From an uncultured bacterium (GTDB lineage Bacteria > Bdellovibrionota_B > Oligoflexia > CAYFLR01), in NCBI GenBank assembly GCA_964343805.1, contig CAYFLR010000002.1, positions 48,175 to 112,174 on the forward strand: a stretch of DNA of 64,000 bases, read 5' to 3'. A program made the position numbers and the translations under genes. Below the pieces are notes generated by a model, which saw only the letters and a program-made list of their open reading frames with translations, was not told the origin of the DNA and did no database searches. Positions 53,858 through 63,249 of the stretch are shown piece by piece. The first letter of the stretch is position 1, and the number at the start of each line of letters is the position of its first letter.

Positions 53858-55695
53858 ACCAGATCATCGACAAGCCGTTGATATTAGCTATTGATGATTC
53901 TCAAATGGATCTGGATGTTATTAATCACTTTCTGGAGAAGAGTGGTTTTAGGTATATAAATGCCAACAGTGGAGAAATGGGGTTTTCTGTTCTACAGGAG
54001 CAAATTCCTGATTGTATTCTGGTTGACAATAATATGCCTGGTATGAAGGGTGTTGATTTTTGCAAGAAGCTGAAGAGTAATGCGGAGTATAAATTTATTC
54101 CTGTGATCATGCTCACCTGTGATGGGGAAATTGAAAATATTATCGAAGGTCTGCAATCCGGCGCTGATGATTATATCGAAAAGTCAGCCGATCCTCTCTT
54201 GCAAATAGAACGTATCAAAACCATTTTACGTTCTGCGGCTATGAGATCAGAGATCTTAAAACTTTCTAAAGCCAAAGATGAGTTCTTATCCATCGTCTCT
54301 CATGATTTACGAGGTCCCATTGGTGTGGTTCGAACCAGTATGGAACTTTTAATGGGGGGGTTAGTTGCTGCTGACAGTAAAGAAGGGCAAGAGTTGATTT
54401 CCCGTGCCCATCGCCAATCCACTTTTGCCCTGGACCTGACCCAAAACATCCTTGATTTGGGCCGGCTAGAAGGAAAACTGGATTTAACCTTAAAAAGTTT
54501 TTTCCTTAAAGAGGTGATAGACCAGTCTATTGAAACTTATATTAAGACAATTTATGATAAGCGAATCTATTTTAACAATAATTTTAAAGAGAATTACCGT
54601 CTCCATGCGGATCAAGGCAAAATTCAACAATTGTTGAATAACCTTATTGGCAATGCTGTTAAATTTACACCTGAAAATGGAAGGATCGATCTTGAATATT
54701 CCACTTCAAAAAGTAAACGGAGTTTTGATGAGCAAAAAGACGTATTGCATATCTCTGTCGCTAATACCGGTCCATTGATTCCCAAAGAGCATCTTTCCAA
54801 AATTTTCAACAAATATGTGCAAATTCAAAGTGAAAAATCTAAATACGGTGCTGGTTTAGGCTTAGCTATATGTAAACAGATATGCCTTCTGCATAAAGGA
54901 AATATTAAAGCTGAATCGACCCAAGATGGAACGTGTTTTAAAGTTGACCTACCCAATATTCATACTCCAAAGAAAATACTCATTTTTGATCAAAATGAGT
55001 CCCGTAGTTATATTGTTAAGAAAACCATTGAAACCCTTGATTATCAGGTTTTATTAGCCAAGGATAATAAAAATGCTCTTGAATTGTTACTGAATGAATC
55101 AGTTGATTTGCTTCTGATCAACATTGATAAAAAAGAGAAGGAGAGCCTGGCTTTTATAAAGCAAATTCGCTCCCAACCAGTGTTCGAAAATCTACCTATC
55201 GTGGTTAAATCTGAGGAAGCAAAGAAGGCATTGGATAAGTCATTTTATGAGTTAGCCCAAGATACTATCTATAATACCCACACTGCCCTTGATTTAAACA
55301 TGAAGTTAAGGCGTCTGTTGAGTGATCAAGTTCGGGCAGATCGACCTTCCATATTAATAGTTGATGATGATTATTTAGCTGTAGATCTGCTCTGGGAAAT
55401 CTTAAAACAAAGAGACGTAAATGTTTTCCGGGCCAACGATGGAATTGAAGGTTTATTTCTATTTAGAAATCACTCCATATCATTGGTTATAACGGATATA
55501 AGAATGCCTGAGCTAGATGGGATTGAGCTGGCTGGTTATATTAAAGAAATAAATCCTGAAGTCCCTATAATTTTTACCGGATATGGTGAATTTTACGAGG
55601 AAGCCAGTGAGCAATTTGGAGCGAGAGAGATTGTGGTAAAACCATTCAGTGAATCAGATATTTTACAAGCGGTAGATTCTTATCTTAAAGACTGA
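53854..55695 (+). CDS. Hybrid sensor histidine kinase (REC-HisKA-HATPase-degenerate REC-REC)
   Basis: REC ILVDNNMPGMKG, H-box VSHDLRGPIG, LIGNAVKFT and GAGLGLAI. The middle receiver-like domain has Asn at the acceptor position. The terminal REC is LVITDIRMPELDG. The gene overlaps the upstream gene by 4 nt. Confidence 0.88.
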   Translation: MNQIIDKPLILAIDDSQMDLDVINHFLEKSGFRYINANSGEMGFSVLQEQIPDCILVDNNMPGMKGVDFCKKLKSNAEYKFIPVIMLTCDGEIENIIEGLQSGADDYIEKSADPLLQIERIKTILRSAAMRSEILKLSKAKDEFLSIVSHDLRGPIGVVRTSMELLMGGLVAADSKEGQELISRAHRQSTFALDLTQNILDLGRLEGKLDLTLKSFFLKEVIDQSIETYIKTIYDKRIYFNNNFKENYRLHADQGKIQQLLNNLIGNAVKFTPENGRIDLEYSTSKSKRSFDEQKDVLHISVANTGPLIPKEHLSKIFNKYVQIQSEKSKYGAGLGLAICKQICLLHKGNIKAESTQDGTCFKVDLPNIHTPKKILIFDQNESRSYIVKKTIETLDYQVLLAKDNKNALELLLNESVDLLLINIDKKEKESLAFIKQIRSQPVFENLPIVVKSEEAKKALDKSFYELAQDTIYNTHTALDLNMKLRRLLSDQVRADRPSILIVDDDYLAVDLLWEILKQRDVNVFRANDGIEGLFLFRNHSISLVITDIRMPELDGIELAGYIKEINPEVPIIFTGYGEFYEEASEQFGAREIVVKPFSESDILQAVDSYLKD

Positions 55696-56262
55696 TTAAA
55701 ACATCCACCAATTACATTGAAGGTCCATGAGTTTTACTAAATTAATGGATTCTTTGCTGGAGTTAAATTTGGTGGAACCATCTTCCGTTTTCTTAAGAAC
55801 CACTTTTTTATGGTAGAGAGTGTTCTCATCTTCGCGTTCAAGCATATCATCTTCATCTAGAGTGGATACTTCTTGAGGATAGATATAGGCAAGATATGTT
55901 TTATGGCTTTTAAAGGAGGTTTTGTATTCCTCTTTAACATCAAGAAACTCGGATCCATCCGCATTGCGGATATTCTCAGCTATCTCTTTTAGTTTATCTT
56001 TGCTTACAACATATAATTTAAAGTAAGTAGCAGGCCAGCTAGTAGGATAGCCAGAGGGTTGGCCATAGGCTACTGAAGTGCTTTTACTTACAGTAACAAA
56101 GCCATTGTCGTTAAACTTACAGTTGATGTTAGCAATTAATTCTCCCATTCCAAATGAACCTAGGAATATCTGAGCATCTTTTTCTAGAATGACTCGAGAT
56201 TCAGCGAAAATAGAGGTTGAACAGACTAACGCTAAAAGAATAAGAGGAATTACTTTTTTCAT
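55696..56262 (-). CDS. Secreted hypothetical protein
   Basis: RBS AAGGAGA and a signal peptide MKKVIPLILLALVCSTSIFA. No family recognised. Confidence 0.5.
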   Translation of the reverse strand: MKKVIPLILLALVCSTSIFAESRVILEKDAQIFLGSFGMGELIANINCKFNDNGFVTVSKSTSVAYGQPSGYPTSWPATYFKLYVVSKDKLKEIAENIRNADGSEFLDVKEEYKTSFKSHKTYLAYIYPQEVSTLDEDDMLEREDENTLYHKKVVLKKTEDGSTKFNSSKESINLVKLMDLQCNWWMF

Positions 56263-56414
56263 GGTACTTCTCCTTCAAAGTTCGGAATAAAATTGTACTC
56301 GACCAATTGATATGCCTATACCATAATCAGGACAGGGGATCCACTGAAATAGGACAAGTAAACGTAATTCGTGGAAAATATTTCTAAGTGTTTATTAATA
56401 GGGAGGAATTTTGT

Positions 56415-56972
56415 CTAGAGAATCGAGGGCTTTTCATTGAACAGAGAGCGGCATTGATCGGCTGTAGCCTCTGATTTGACTTGGGAACCGAGGATAAAAC
56501 CAGAAAACTCATAACATTCTAACAGGGTCATATAGCGTGTATACATCTCCTCCGCCTTGTGTTCATCTTTGATTTCTTTAGTAAAAACGGGGATGATATC
56601 ATCAAAATGTTTTCCTTGAATAGGCTTTAGTCGTTTGAAGGGAACGTCATGTAAGAACTGTTCTCCCTGTAAAGTATCTTTATCAGTAAGGTTAAAAACC
56701 ATTGGGGCTGCAGGGTTATTTTCTTCAATACTTTTATAGGGATCGATAAACTTAATAATTACTTTATTATCTTTGACTTGATACTCTTTGGCCACTTGCA
56801 CTGCTCCCAGAGGAATCGGAAATTGCATCAGTGCTTGTTTCTCTGTGAATACCAGAACTACACGGGTTTCCATCGGTTCTAGACCCGCTGTCCATGCAGT
56901 ATTTGCAATTCGATTCTGAGCCAATAATGATGTTGTCATAGAAAAGAGGATGAAGAAAATTGACGTTTTCAT
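56415..56972 (-). CDS. Secreted hypothetical protein
   Basis: RBS GAAGG and a signal peptide MKTSIFFILFSMTTSLLA. No family recognised. Confidence 0.5.
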   Translation of the reverse strand: MKTSIFFILFSMTTSLLAQNRIANTAWTAGLEPMETRVVLVFTEKQALMQFPIPLGAVQVAKEYQVKDNKVIIKFIDPYKSIEENNPAAPMVFNLTDKDTLQGEQFLHDVPFKRLKPIQGKHFDDIIPVFTKEIKDEHKAEEMYTRYMTLLECYEFSGFILGSQVKSEATADQCRSLFNEKPSIL

Positions 56973-57109
56973 AAATTTACCTTCTTTTAATAATTAAAGT
57001 AGATTGTTAGCATCTTATAGTTGCTGACCAGGTTTTTATACACCAAGCCGCTTTTGAAGTCTAGTTCAAAATATACTAATTTAGTTTAATTAAATGAAAA
57101 TTATAGAAT

Positions 57110-58423
57110 TTACGAAAAATAGCCCAATTTTCGAGCTTGAAGGGTGAGTTCGCTTCTAAAATCAGGATGTGCAATGGAAATGAGATTTTCGGCACGTTCT
57201 TGCAGAGTACGACCTCTGAGTGGTGCAACACCATGTTCTGTGACAATGTTATCCGCATTAGAGCGGTGAAGTGTAACGGCTGTTCCTTCTGGAAGAACAG
57301 GGACAATGGTAGTAAGTTGTCCTTTTTTGGCTGTTGATTTACAGGCAATAATGGATTTTCCTAATCCATCATAGGCCTCTTTGGCACCCACGGCGGTGTC
57401 TGTTTGTCCACCTGTGCCTGAATATTGTTCCACACCAACGGCTTCACTGGCGACCTGCCCCTGCAAATCAACCATGAGACAGGTGTTGATAGAAACCATT
57501 TTGGAATTCTGTCTAATAACTGCAGGATCATTGACCCATTTGCCTCGGCGGAACTCAACTGCCATATTGTTATCCAGCCAATCATAGAGTTTAGGAGATC
57601 CCATGGCAAAAGTGGTTACAAACTTATCTTTCATAAAACTTTTTTGCTTATTGGTAATGACACCCTGCTGATAGAGATCCATCATGGTATCCACTAACAT
57701 TTCCGTGTGAACACCCAGATCATTTTTACCTTTGAGGGATAAGGCAGCTGCATTGGGAATCCCTCCAATACCAAGTTGAATAGTGGATCCATCTTCCACC
57801 ATGGCCGCTATATTTTTGCCAATAGCTTGTTCGGTGTCATCAGGGTTTGCTACTGGGAGTGCCGGGGCAGCTTGATTGTGCTCTACAAAAAAGTCCACAT
57901 CATTGATGTGAACATGAGTGTCACCATAAGTGCGAGGAAGCTTTTCATTCACTTCGAGTACAACAATCTCGGCATTTTCAATAATGTCTTTTTCATAGGT
58001 AATACCGAGTGAGAGTGAAACAAAACCATTTTTATCTGGTGGTGTACAGGTACCAAAAAACATATGAGGTTTTCTAACATAAAGACGATCCAGAGCGGCT
58101 CTATGCAGCATATTCGGGACATAAGTTACGGTTCCTGCTTTTTCTTTGATGGCCATTCGGGAACCTGGAGCATGAAACCAGCTACACAGTTGAAAATGAT
58201 CTGACATATCGGGATTCATATAAAATTCATAGGGTTTCAAGGTGAGGACAGAGAAAACCTTCACATTCTTAACCCTGGGTGCCGCTTTGTGGAACTCGGC
58301 CATACATCCTTGCGGCTCTGAGGCACATTGGGCTACAATGACATCGGTGTCACTTTTCATTTTTAATACAGCTTCTTCCGCTGAAATCAATTTACTATGG
58401 TAGGTGCTTCCTAGCTTACTCAT
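57110..58423 (-). CDS. Acetyl-CoA hydrolase/transferase family protein (4-hydroxybutyrate CoA-transferase-like)
   Basis: Family signatures present: QLGIGGIPNAAA, GVHTEML and VSINTCLMVDLQGQVASEAVG..YSGTGGQTD. I prefer the ATG at 58423 (MSKLGS) over the GTG at 58438. Confidence 0.85.
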   Translation of the reverse strand: MSKLGSTYHSKLISAEEAVLKMKSDTDVIVAQCASEPQGCMAEFHKAAPRVKNVKVFSVLTLKPYEFYMNPDMSDHFQLCSWFHAPGSRMAIKEKAGTVTYVPNMLHRAALDRLYVRKPHMFFGTCTPPDKNGFVSLSLGITYEKDIIENAEIVVLEVNEKLPRTYGDTHVHINDVDFFVEHNQAAPALPVANPDDTEQAIGKNIAAMVEDGSTIQLGIGGIPNAAALSLKGKNDLGVHTEMLVDTMMDLYQQGVITNKQKSFMKDKFVTTFAMGSPKLYDWLDNNMAVEFRRGKWVNDPAVIRQNSKMVSINTCLMVDLQGQVASEAVGVEQYSGTGGQTDTAVGAKEAYDGLGKSIIACKSTAKKGQLTTIVPVLPEGTAVTLHRSNADNIVTEHGVAPLRGRTLQERAENLISIAHPDFRSELTLQARKLGYFS

Positions 58424-58424
58424 T

Positions 58425-59726
58425 TTACCTGGCTCCACTCAATTGTGATTGAATAAATTTAAAGGCTTTCTTACTGCGGGAAAGCTCAAGGTGATTTAAA
58501 TGCAATACTTTCATACCTTTTTGTTGAGAAGGTTGGGTTTTCAATGCCTGATGGTAAGTGGAGCTTTTTAAGAATATAACACCATCACTGGGTTCGAAGG
58601 GATCGGTTAAAATGGGGATAATGAGTTCAGGATACCTTTCGTCGGTAAGAACATTTCGGTCTCCTGCTAAGATTGAATAGGTTATATCAGAAGGGAAATG
58701 AGCCAAATTAAGAGACTCAACTAAAAAGCCTCCTGCCTCAGCGGCTTTGGTAATACCAGGAGAAACAACAAAAGAGTTGTTTCCACCATCCCTTAAGATT
58801 TTCTTGGTATGATTAAGGTCCATGGTGTGAGTGAGTATGGATCCCACCACTCCAATTTTTCTTTGATCAAAGAGCATTTGGAGCTGACCATGCCAATTAC
58901 CGGAAAGAATATTTCTCTCACCAGTGGATTGCCATTTGCCATTAACGAGGATTTTTGAAGCACCACAGGGGGCCAGGAGTTTATTCAACTGGATAGCAAA
59001 GTTATAGAGATAATAGCGAAAGGGGGTATCAATGCCACCCAGAGGTGAGGCAATAAAAACTATATGATTCACGTCGTTTCGATACTTGGTTAAATAAGAG
59101 TAAGTGGGGTAGAAAGAGGGGGCACTCTGGACATAGGATCTAATAGCCATTGCACCTTTAGAAATCCCTACTAAATCAACCTTTTCTATTGGCCGGCCGA
59201 TCTTTTTATAGAGCGTTTTAATCCGGGTAATGGCGTTAGCAATATGTTCCCCCTGGATAATATTGTCGCCATGAAAATGGCTAAAAGAAATAGCAAAAGT
59301 CGCATAACCCCTTTTGGCGAGGTACTGCATCATACCTGGAAATTTATGATGTTTCTTGTCAAGAGGACTTAAAGGTTTCGCGAAGCGTCTTGTGGCATCA
59401 TCATTTGCGCCATGGATGAAAATTACCGGAATACCCTTGGTATAAGTATCCCAACCTGTTCCTAAATGAAGAAGGAATTGCTGAGTTGAAGGACGGTTCG
59501 AACCAAATGTTTTAACGATCTGAGGATAAAACTGATAGATATTGGAGTGAGATTGTTCGGGAGGAATGCGAGGATTAAAATCTTGATGAAGTTCAATGGC
59601 AGCCCAGGGAGCAGCATCTTCACCTTCTAATGTGAATAGAGGCTCGGGTTCAAAAAACTCAGTTGCAAAGATGGAAGAACTTATTAAGATGGTCAATAAA
59701 GTAAGTAAAAACCCTAGTTTTTTCAT
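58425..59726 (-). CDS. Secreted alpha/beta hydrolase (lipase/esterase-like)
   Basis: Signal peptide MKKLGFLLTLLTILISSSIFA. A GxSxG nucleophile elbow occurs in VDLVGISKGAMA. RBS AAGGA. Confidence 0.65.
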   Translation of the reverse strand: MKKLGFLLTLLTILISSSIFATEFFEPEPLFTLEGEDAAPWAAIELHQDFNPRIPPEQSHSNIYQFYPQIVKTFGSNRPSTQQFLLHLGTGWDTYTKGIPVIFIHGANDDATRRFAKPLSPLDKKHHKFPGMMQYLAKRGYATFAISFSHFHGDNIIQGEHIANAITRIKTLYKKIGRPIEKVDLVGISKGAMAIRSYVQSAPSFYPTYSYLTKYRNDVNHIVFIASPLGGIDTPFRYYLYNFAIQLNKLLAPCGASKILVNGKWQSTGERNILSGNWHGQLQMLFDQRKIGVVGSILTHTMDLNHTKKILRDGGNNSFVVSPGITKAAEAGGFLVESLNLAHFPSDITYSILAGDRNVLTDERYPELIIPILTDPFEPSDGVIFLKSSTYHQALKTQPSQQKGMKVLHLNHLELSRSKKAFKFIQSQLSGAR

Positions 59727-59946
59727 CACAATCCTTTGGTCAATTGTTAGTTTTTTGTTAAAAGTAAACCCTCATTGGTCAAAAAAACGAATAGTGAATA
59801 TAAGCTTCCCTTATCACTAACTACCCTACGGATCAAATAAAATTATATAGACCCCTTGAATCATTGATGGAATTGTGAATATCCTTGACAAATAGGCCAA
59901 TTTTGGATAATCAATCGTTCGTTTGGTTATATTAACAGGATTATTT

Positions 59947-60579
59947 ATGCCACGTCCAGAAAATGTTGAACTTCATCAGCGAATACTGACATCTGCTGAG
60001 AATCTATTTATTCAAAAAGGGTTTCACGGAGTGAGTGTCAGGGATATCGCTCAGGAGTCCAAGACTCCTTTAAGTAATATTTATTCTCATTTCCAAAGTA
60101 AAGAAAACCTTTACCGGACTCTGCTTGAGAATTACGAAGCAGAATTTTTTAAAGATGAAGATGGGCTTCGCAGCGGAACCAATGTGAATACGCTGCCTGA
60201 ACTTTTCAAAGAGATCGGGCTTATGAGTCGGCAAATGGTAAAAAAATACACTAACTATTTTCGCCTCATCTATATTGATGTGGTGGAATTTGATGGTGAG
60301 AATATTAGACGGCTCTTTCAGTTTATTCGTAATCGCTATGAAGAGAGGTATGCCGGGGTCTTGTCTCAGCTTAAAGAGAGCAAGGTCTTTCATGCGGATG
60401 TGGATCCGGTGGTTGGTATTATAACTCTTTCCATGACCTACTTTAACTATTTCACTATCGAAAATGTTTTTGGCGCTACCAATCATCTGGGTTTAAAGGA
60501 TGATGATGCCATTAATCAAATTGCTGCTATTTTTAGTCACGGTCTTTTGACCTCTGAGAATCAAAATACAAGGTTATAA
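59947..60579 (+). CDS. TetR family transcriptional regulator
   Basis: The N-terminal HTH AENLFIQKGFHGVSVRDIAQESKTPLSNIYSHFQSKENL is typical of TetR_N. ATG at 59947. Confidence 0.8.
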   Translation: MPRPENVELHQRILTSAENLFIQKGFHGVSVRDIAQESKTPLSNIYSHFQSKENLYRTLLENYEAEFFKDEDGLRSGTNVNTLPELFKEIGLMSRQMVKKYTNYFRLIYIDVVEFDGENIRRLFQFIRNRYEERYAGVLSQLKESKVFHADVDPVVGIITLSMTYFNYFTIENVFGATNHLGLKDDDAINQIAAIFSHGLLTSENQNTRL

Positions 60580-60596
60580 CTTTTAACAATAAGGAG

Positions 60597-61436
60597 TTGC
60601 CATTGGAAACATCACAAAATAGCCCACTAAATATAAACGCTCGTTCGTTTATGAATAATCGAGATGGATTAAAAATCTCCTACTTTACGGCTGGGGAAGG
60701 TGAGCCCATTCTCTTTATTCCAGGCTTAGGCCGAGGCGTAGAAATGTGGGGGCATCAACTGGCTCACTTTGTAAAAGACTACCAAGTGATTGCTATTGAT
60801 AATAGAGGGGCGGGTCAAAGCGATAAAGTCTCCACCCCTTTTCAAGTGGCTGATATGGCAGGAGACATTAAAGATCTACTTGATCATCTCAAGTTGTCGC
60901 AAGTCAATGTGGTGGGAGCTTCCATGGGGGGATTCATCGCACAAGAATTTGCGCTGTCCCATCCTGAATATATTAAGAGTCTAATTCTGTGCTGTACAAC
61001 CGCTGGAGGTAAGCATGCCGTTCCTATGCAACCAGAAACATGGGAAATCATCTATCAGTCAGGAATGAATTGCAATGAAGAGACCTTGTTAAATGCGGTA
61101 AAGCTCGCTTTTAGCAAAAATTACTATCTGCAAAATGAAGATCAAATTAAACAGTCAGTTAAGGTTCGACTCACTGAAGATCGTGACACCGTCTCTTGGG
61201 TAAATCAAGCTACTGCTGGGGCTATGTTTGATGTGTATGAAAGACTGCCGGAAATCAAAGCCAGTACCATGGTAATCACCGGAACCGAAGATGTGGTAGT
61301 TCCTGCGAAAAATTCACATTTGATTCATCAACAAATTAACAATTCAAAGTTAAAAGAAATTAAGGGGTCGGGTCATTATTTAATGATTGAGTCTCCAAAA
61401 GAGTTCAATCAAACAATAAGTTCTTTTTTATCTTAA
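60597..61436 (+). CDS. Alpha/beta hydrolase fold protein
   Basis: PILFIPGLG, nucleophile elbow VVGASMGGFIAQEF and a C-terminal GSGHYLMIESP. Start is uncertain between TTG 60597 and ATG 60651. Confidence 0.8.
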   Translation: MPLETSQNSPLNINARSFMNNRDGLKISYFTAGEGEPILFIPGLGRGVEMWGHQLAHFVKDYQVIAIDNRGAGQSDKVSTPFQVADMAGDIKDLLDHLKLSQVNVVGASMGGFIAQEFALSHPEYIKSLILCCTTAGGKHAVPMQPETWEIIYQSGMNCNEETLLNAVKLAFSKNYYLQNEDQIKQSVKVRLTEDRDTVSWVNQATAGAMFDVYERLPEIKASTMVITGTEDVVVPAKNSHLIHQQINNSKLKEIKGSGHYLMIESPKEFNQTISSFLS

Positions 61437-61447
61437 GGGGGTAGAAA

Positions 61448-62506
61448 ATGTCATCAATTAACACAATCGCTGGTATTAGAAAGGCCGCTGTATGGTTGCC
61501 GGAAGAATACGAAGATGGTGAATTTATCAGTGAACAAACCAAGATTCCGCTGCAGGTGGTAAAGGAGAAAATGGGAATCATCAGAAAGTGCAGAGCCACT
61601 CGTGAGATGCAGCCCAGTCAAATGGCGATCAATGCAGCAGAAGATGTTCTGGAAGGAATTGACCGAGATAGCATTGATGTGATCTTATGGACAGGCTCTG
61701 AATACAAAGATTACCCCGTTTGGTCGGCTGGTATCTTTGTTCAAGAGGCTTTAAAGCTACGTAAAGCATGGGCGATGGATATTTCTGCTCGCTGTTCCAC
61801 TAATGTGGTGGGTCTTAAAATGGCGCAAACCATCATTGCAGCGGATCCTAAAGTAAATAGAGTTTTGCTTTTAGGTGGACACAAAACAGGTGATCTGGTT
61901 AATTACCAAGACCCCAAAGCTCGTTTTCTCTACTCACTGAGTGATGGTGGGTCTGCGGTATTAGTAGAGCGAGGTTGGGACAATCATATTGGAGCTTCCA
62001 AAGTTATTACTGATGGAGCCTTTAGTTGTGATGTAATCATCCCTGCAGGAGGAACAAAAAACCCTCTACTCGAAGATTACACCGATGATATGACTTATCT
62101 GAATGTTCCAGATATTGAAGGAATGAGAGTTCGCTTAGCAGATAAAACTCTCGCTAACTTTTTAGATGTTATACGTACGGCTGCTCAAGACACCTCTGAT
62201 CGGTTGATAGATTATTTAGCAATATTACATCTAAAGCGATCAATCCATAATACCATTTTGGATCAGTTAGAATTGAAACCAGAGAACAGTAACTATATGG
62301 ATTACTTTGGCCACTTTGGCGCACCTGATCAAATCTTATCACTGGGTCTAGCAGAAATTCATAATCAGTTAAAACCCGGTGACAAAACCATACTTGCCAG
62401 TGCGGGCATTGGCTATACCTGGTCCGCTATTGCAGTGACCTGGGACAAACCTATTTTTAGCGAGAAAACCAAACAAATGATTAGTCGCGTAGGAGGATTA
62501 CTATGA
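61448..62506 (+). CDS. KAS III (FabH)-like thiolase-fold condensing enzyme
   Basis: RBS AGGGGG. Active-site Cys context AMDISARCSTNVVGL, His context LAILHLKRS and C-terminal SAGIGYTWSAIAV. The usual GNTSAAS motif reads GHFGAPD. Confidence 0.75.
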   Translation: MSSINTIAGIRKAAVWLPEEYEDGEFISEQTKIPLQVVKEKMGIIRKCRATREMQPSQMAINAAEDVLEGIDRDSIDVILWTGSEYKDYPVWSAGIFVQEALKLRKAWAMDISARCSTNVVGLKMAQTIIAADPKVNRVLLLGGHKTGDLVNYQDPKARFLYSLSDGGSAVLVERGWDNHIGASKVITDGAFSCDVIIPAGGTKNPLLEDYTDDMTYLNVPDIEGMRVRLADKTLANFLDVIRTAAQDTSDRLIDYLAILHLKRSIHNTILDQLELKPENSNYMDYFGHFGAPDQILSLGLAEIHNQLKPGDKTILASAGIGYTWSAIAVTWDKPIFSEKTKQMISRVGGLL

Positions 62507-63231
62507 GAGGATTAAAAGACAAAAGAGTTATTATTACCGGAGGAGCTTCTGGTATTGGTAGAGCAACCGCAGCCCGTTTTTATGAAGAGGGTTCCTATAT
62601 TGTAATCGTAGATATGCCTCCATTAGATAAAACTGAACTTGCTCATCAATTCCCTGAGCGTATGACCTATGTTCAAGCTGACATTGCTTCGAAAGCTGGT
62701 CTGGACGCTATTCAGGTTGAAATGGACAAAGGCGTTGATGTTCTTATCAATAACGCAGGTATCACCCGTGATGCCACTATCGCTAAAATGGAACAATCCG
62801 CATGGGATCAAGTGATTGCTGTGAATTTAACCGCTGTATTTAATCTTTCTCAAATGGCCATGCGACTAATGAAAGAGCAAAAGAGTGGAGTTATTTTAAA
62901 CGCCGCTTCTGTAGTGGCTCACTATGGAAACTTTGGTCAGGCTAACTATGTAGCTACCAAAGCGGGTGTATTAGGTTTAACCAAAACTCTTTCCAAAGAG
63001 CTTTCTCGCTATGGAATAAGAGTGAATGCTGTTGCACCTGGGTTTATTGAAACGCCTATGGTGGACAAAATTCCTGAAAAAGTAATCAATATGATGAAAG
63101 AGAAAATCCCCCAAGGTCGTCTGGGTAAACCTGAAGAGATTGCTGCCACCTATGCTTTTCTAGCTTCTGATGATGGCGCTTACATTACCGGAACAACCAT
63201 AGATGTGGATGGTGGATTAGTTATTGGTTAA
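62503..63231 (+). CDS. fabG: 3-oxoacyl-(ACP/CoA) reductase, short-chain dehydrogenase
   Basis: TGGASGIGRATA, NNAGI, NAAS and YVATKAG, ending ..TIDVDGGLVIG. RBS AGGAGG. The gene overlaps the upstream stop by 4 nt. Confidence 0.85.
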   Translation: MRGLKDKRVIITGGASGIGRATAARFYEEGSYIVIVDMPPLDKTELAHQFPERMTYVQADIASKAGLDAIQVEMDKGVDVLINNAGITRDATIAKMEQSAWDQVIAVNLTAVFNLSQMAMRLMKEQKSGVILNAASVVAHYGNFGQANYVATKAGVLGLTKTLSKELSRYGIRVNAVAPGFIETPMVDKIPEKVINMMKEKIPQGRLGKPEEIAATYAFLASDDGAYITGTTIDVDGGLVIG

Positions 63232-63249
63232 CAACTTAGGAGGTATGAA

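Noticed and set aside
60070-60486. 138-aa minus-strand ORF inside the TetR gene, and similar shadow ORFs in the S8 protease (23192-23584) and CoA-transferase (57361-58012) genes
   Set aside because: These are shadow ORFs opposite well-supported genes.
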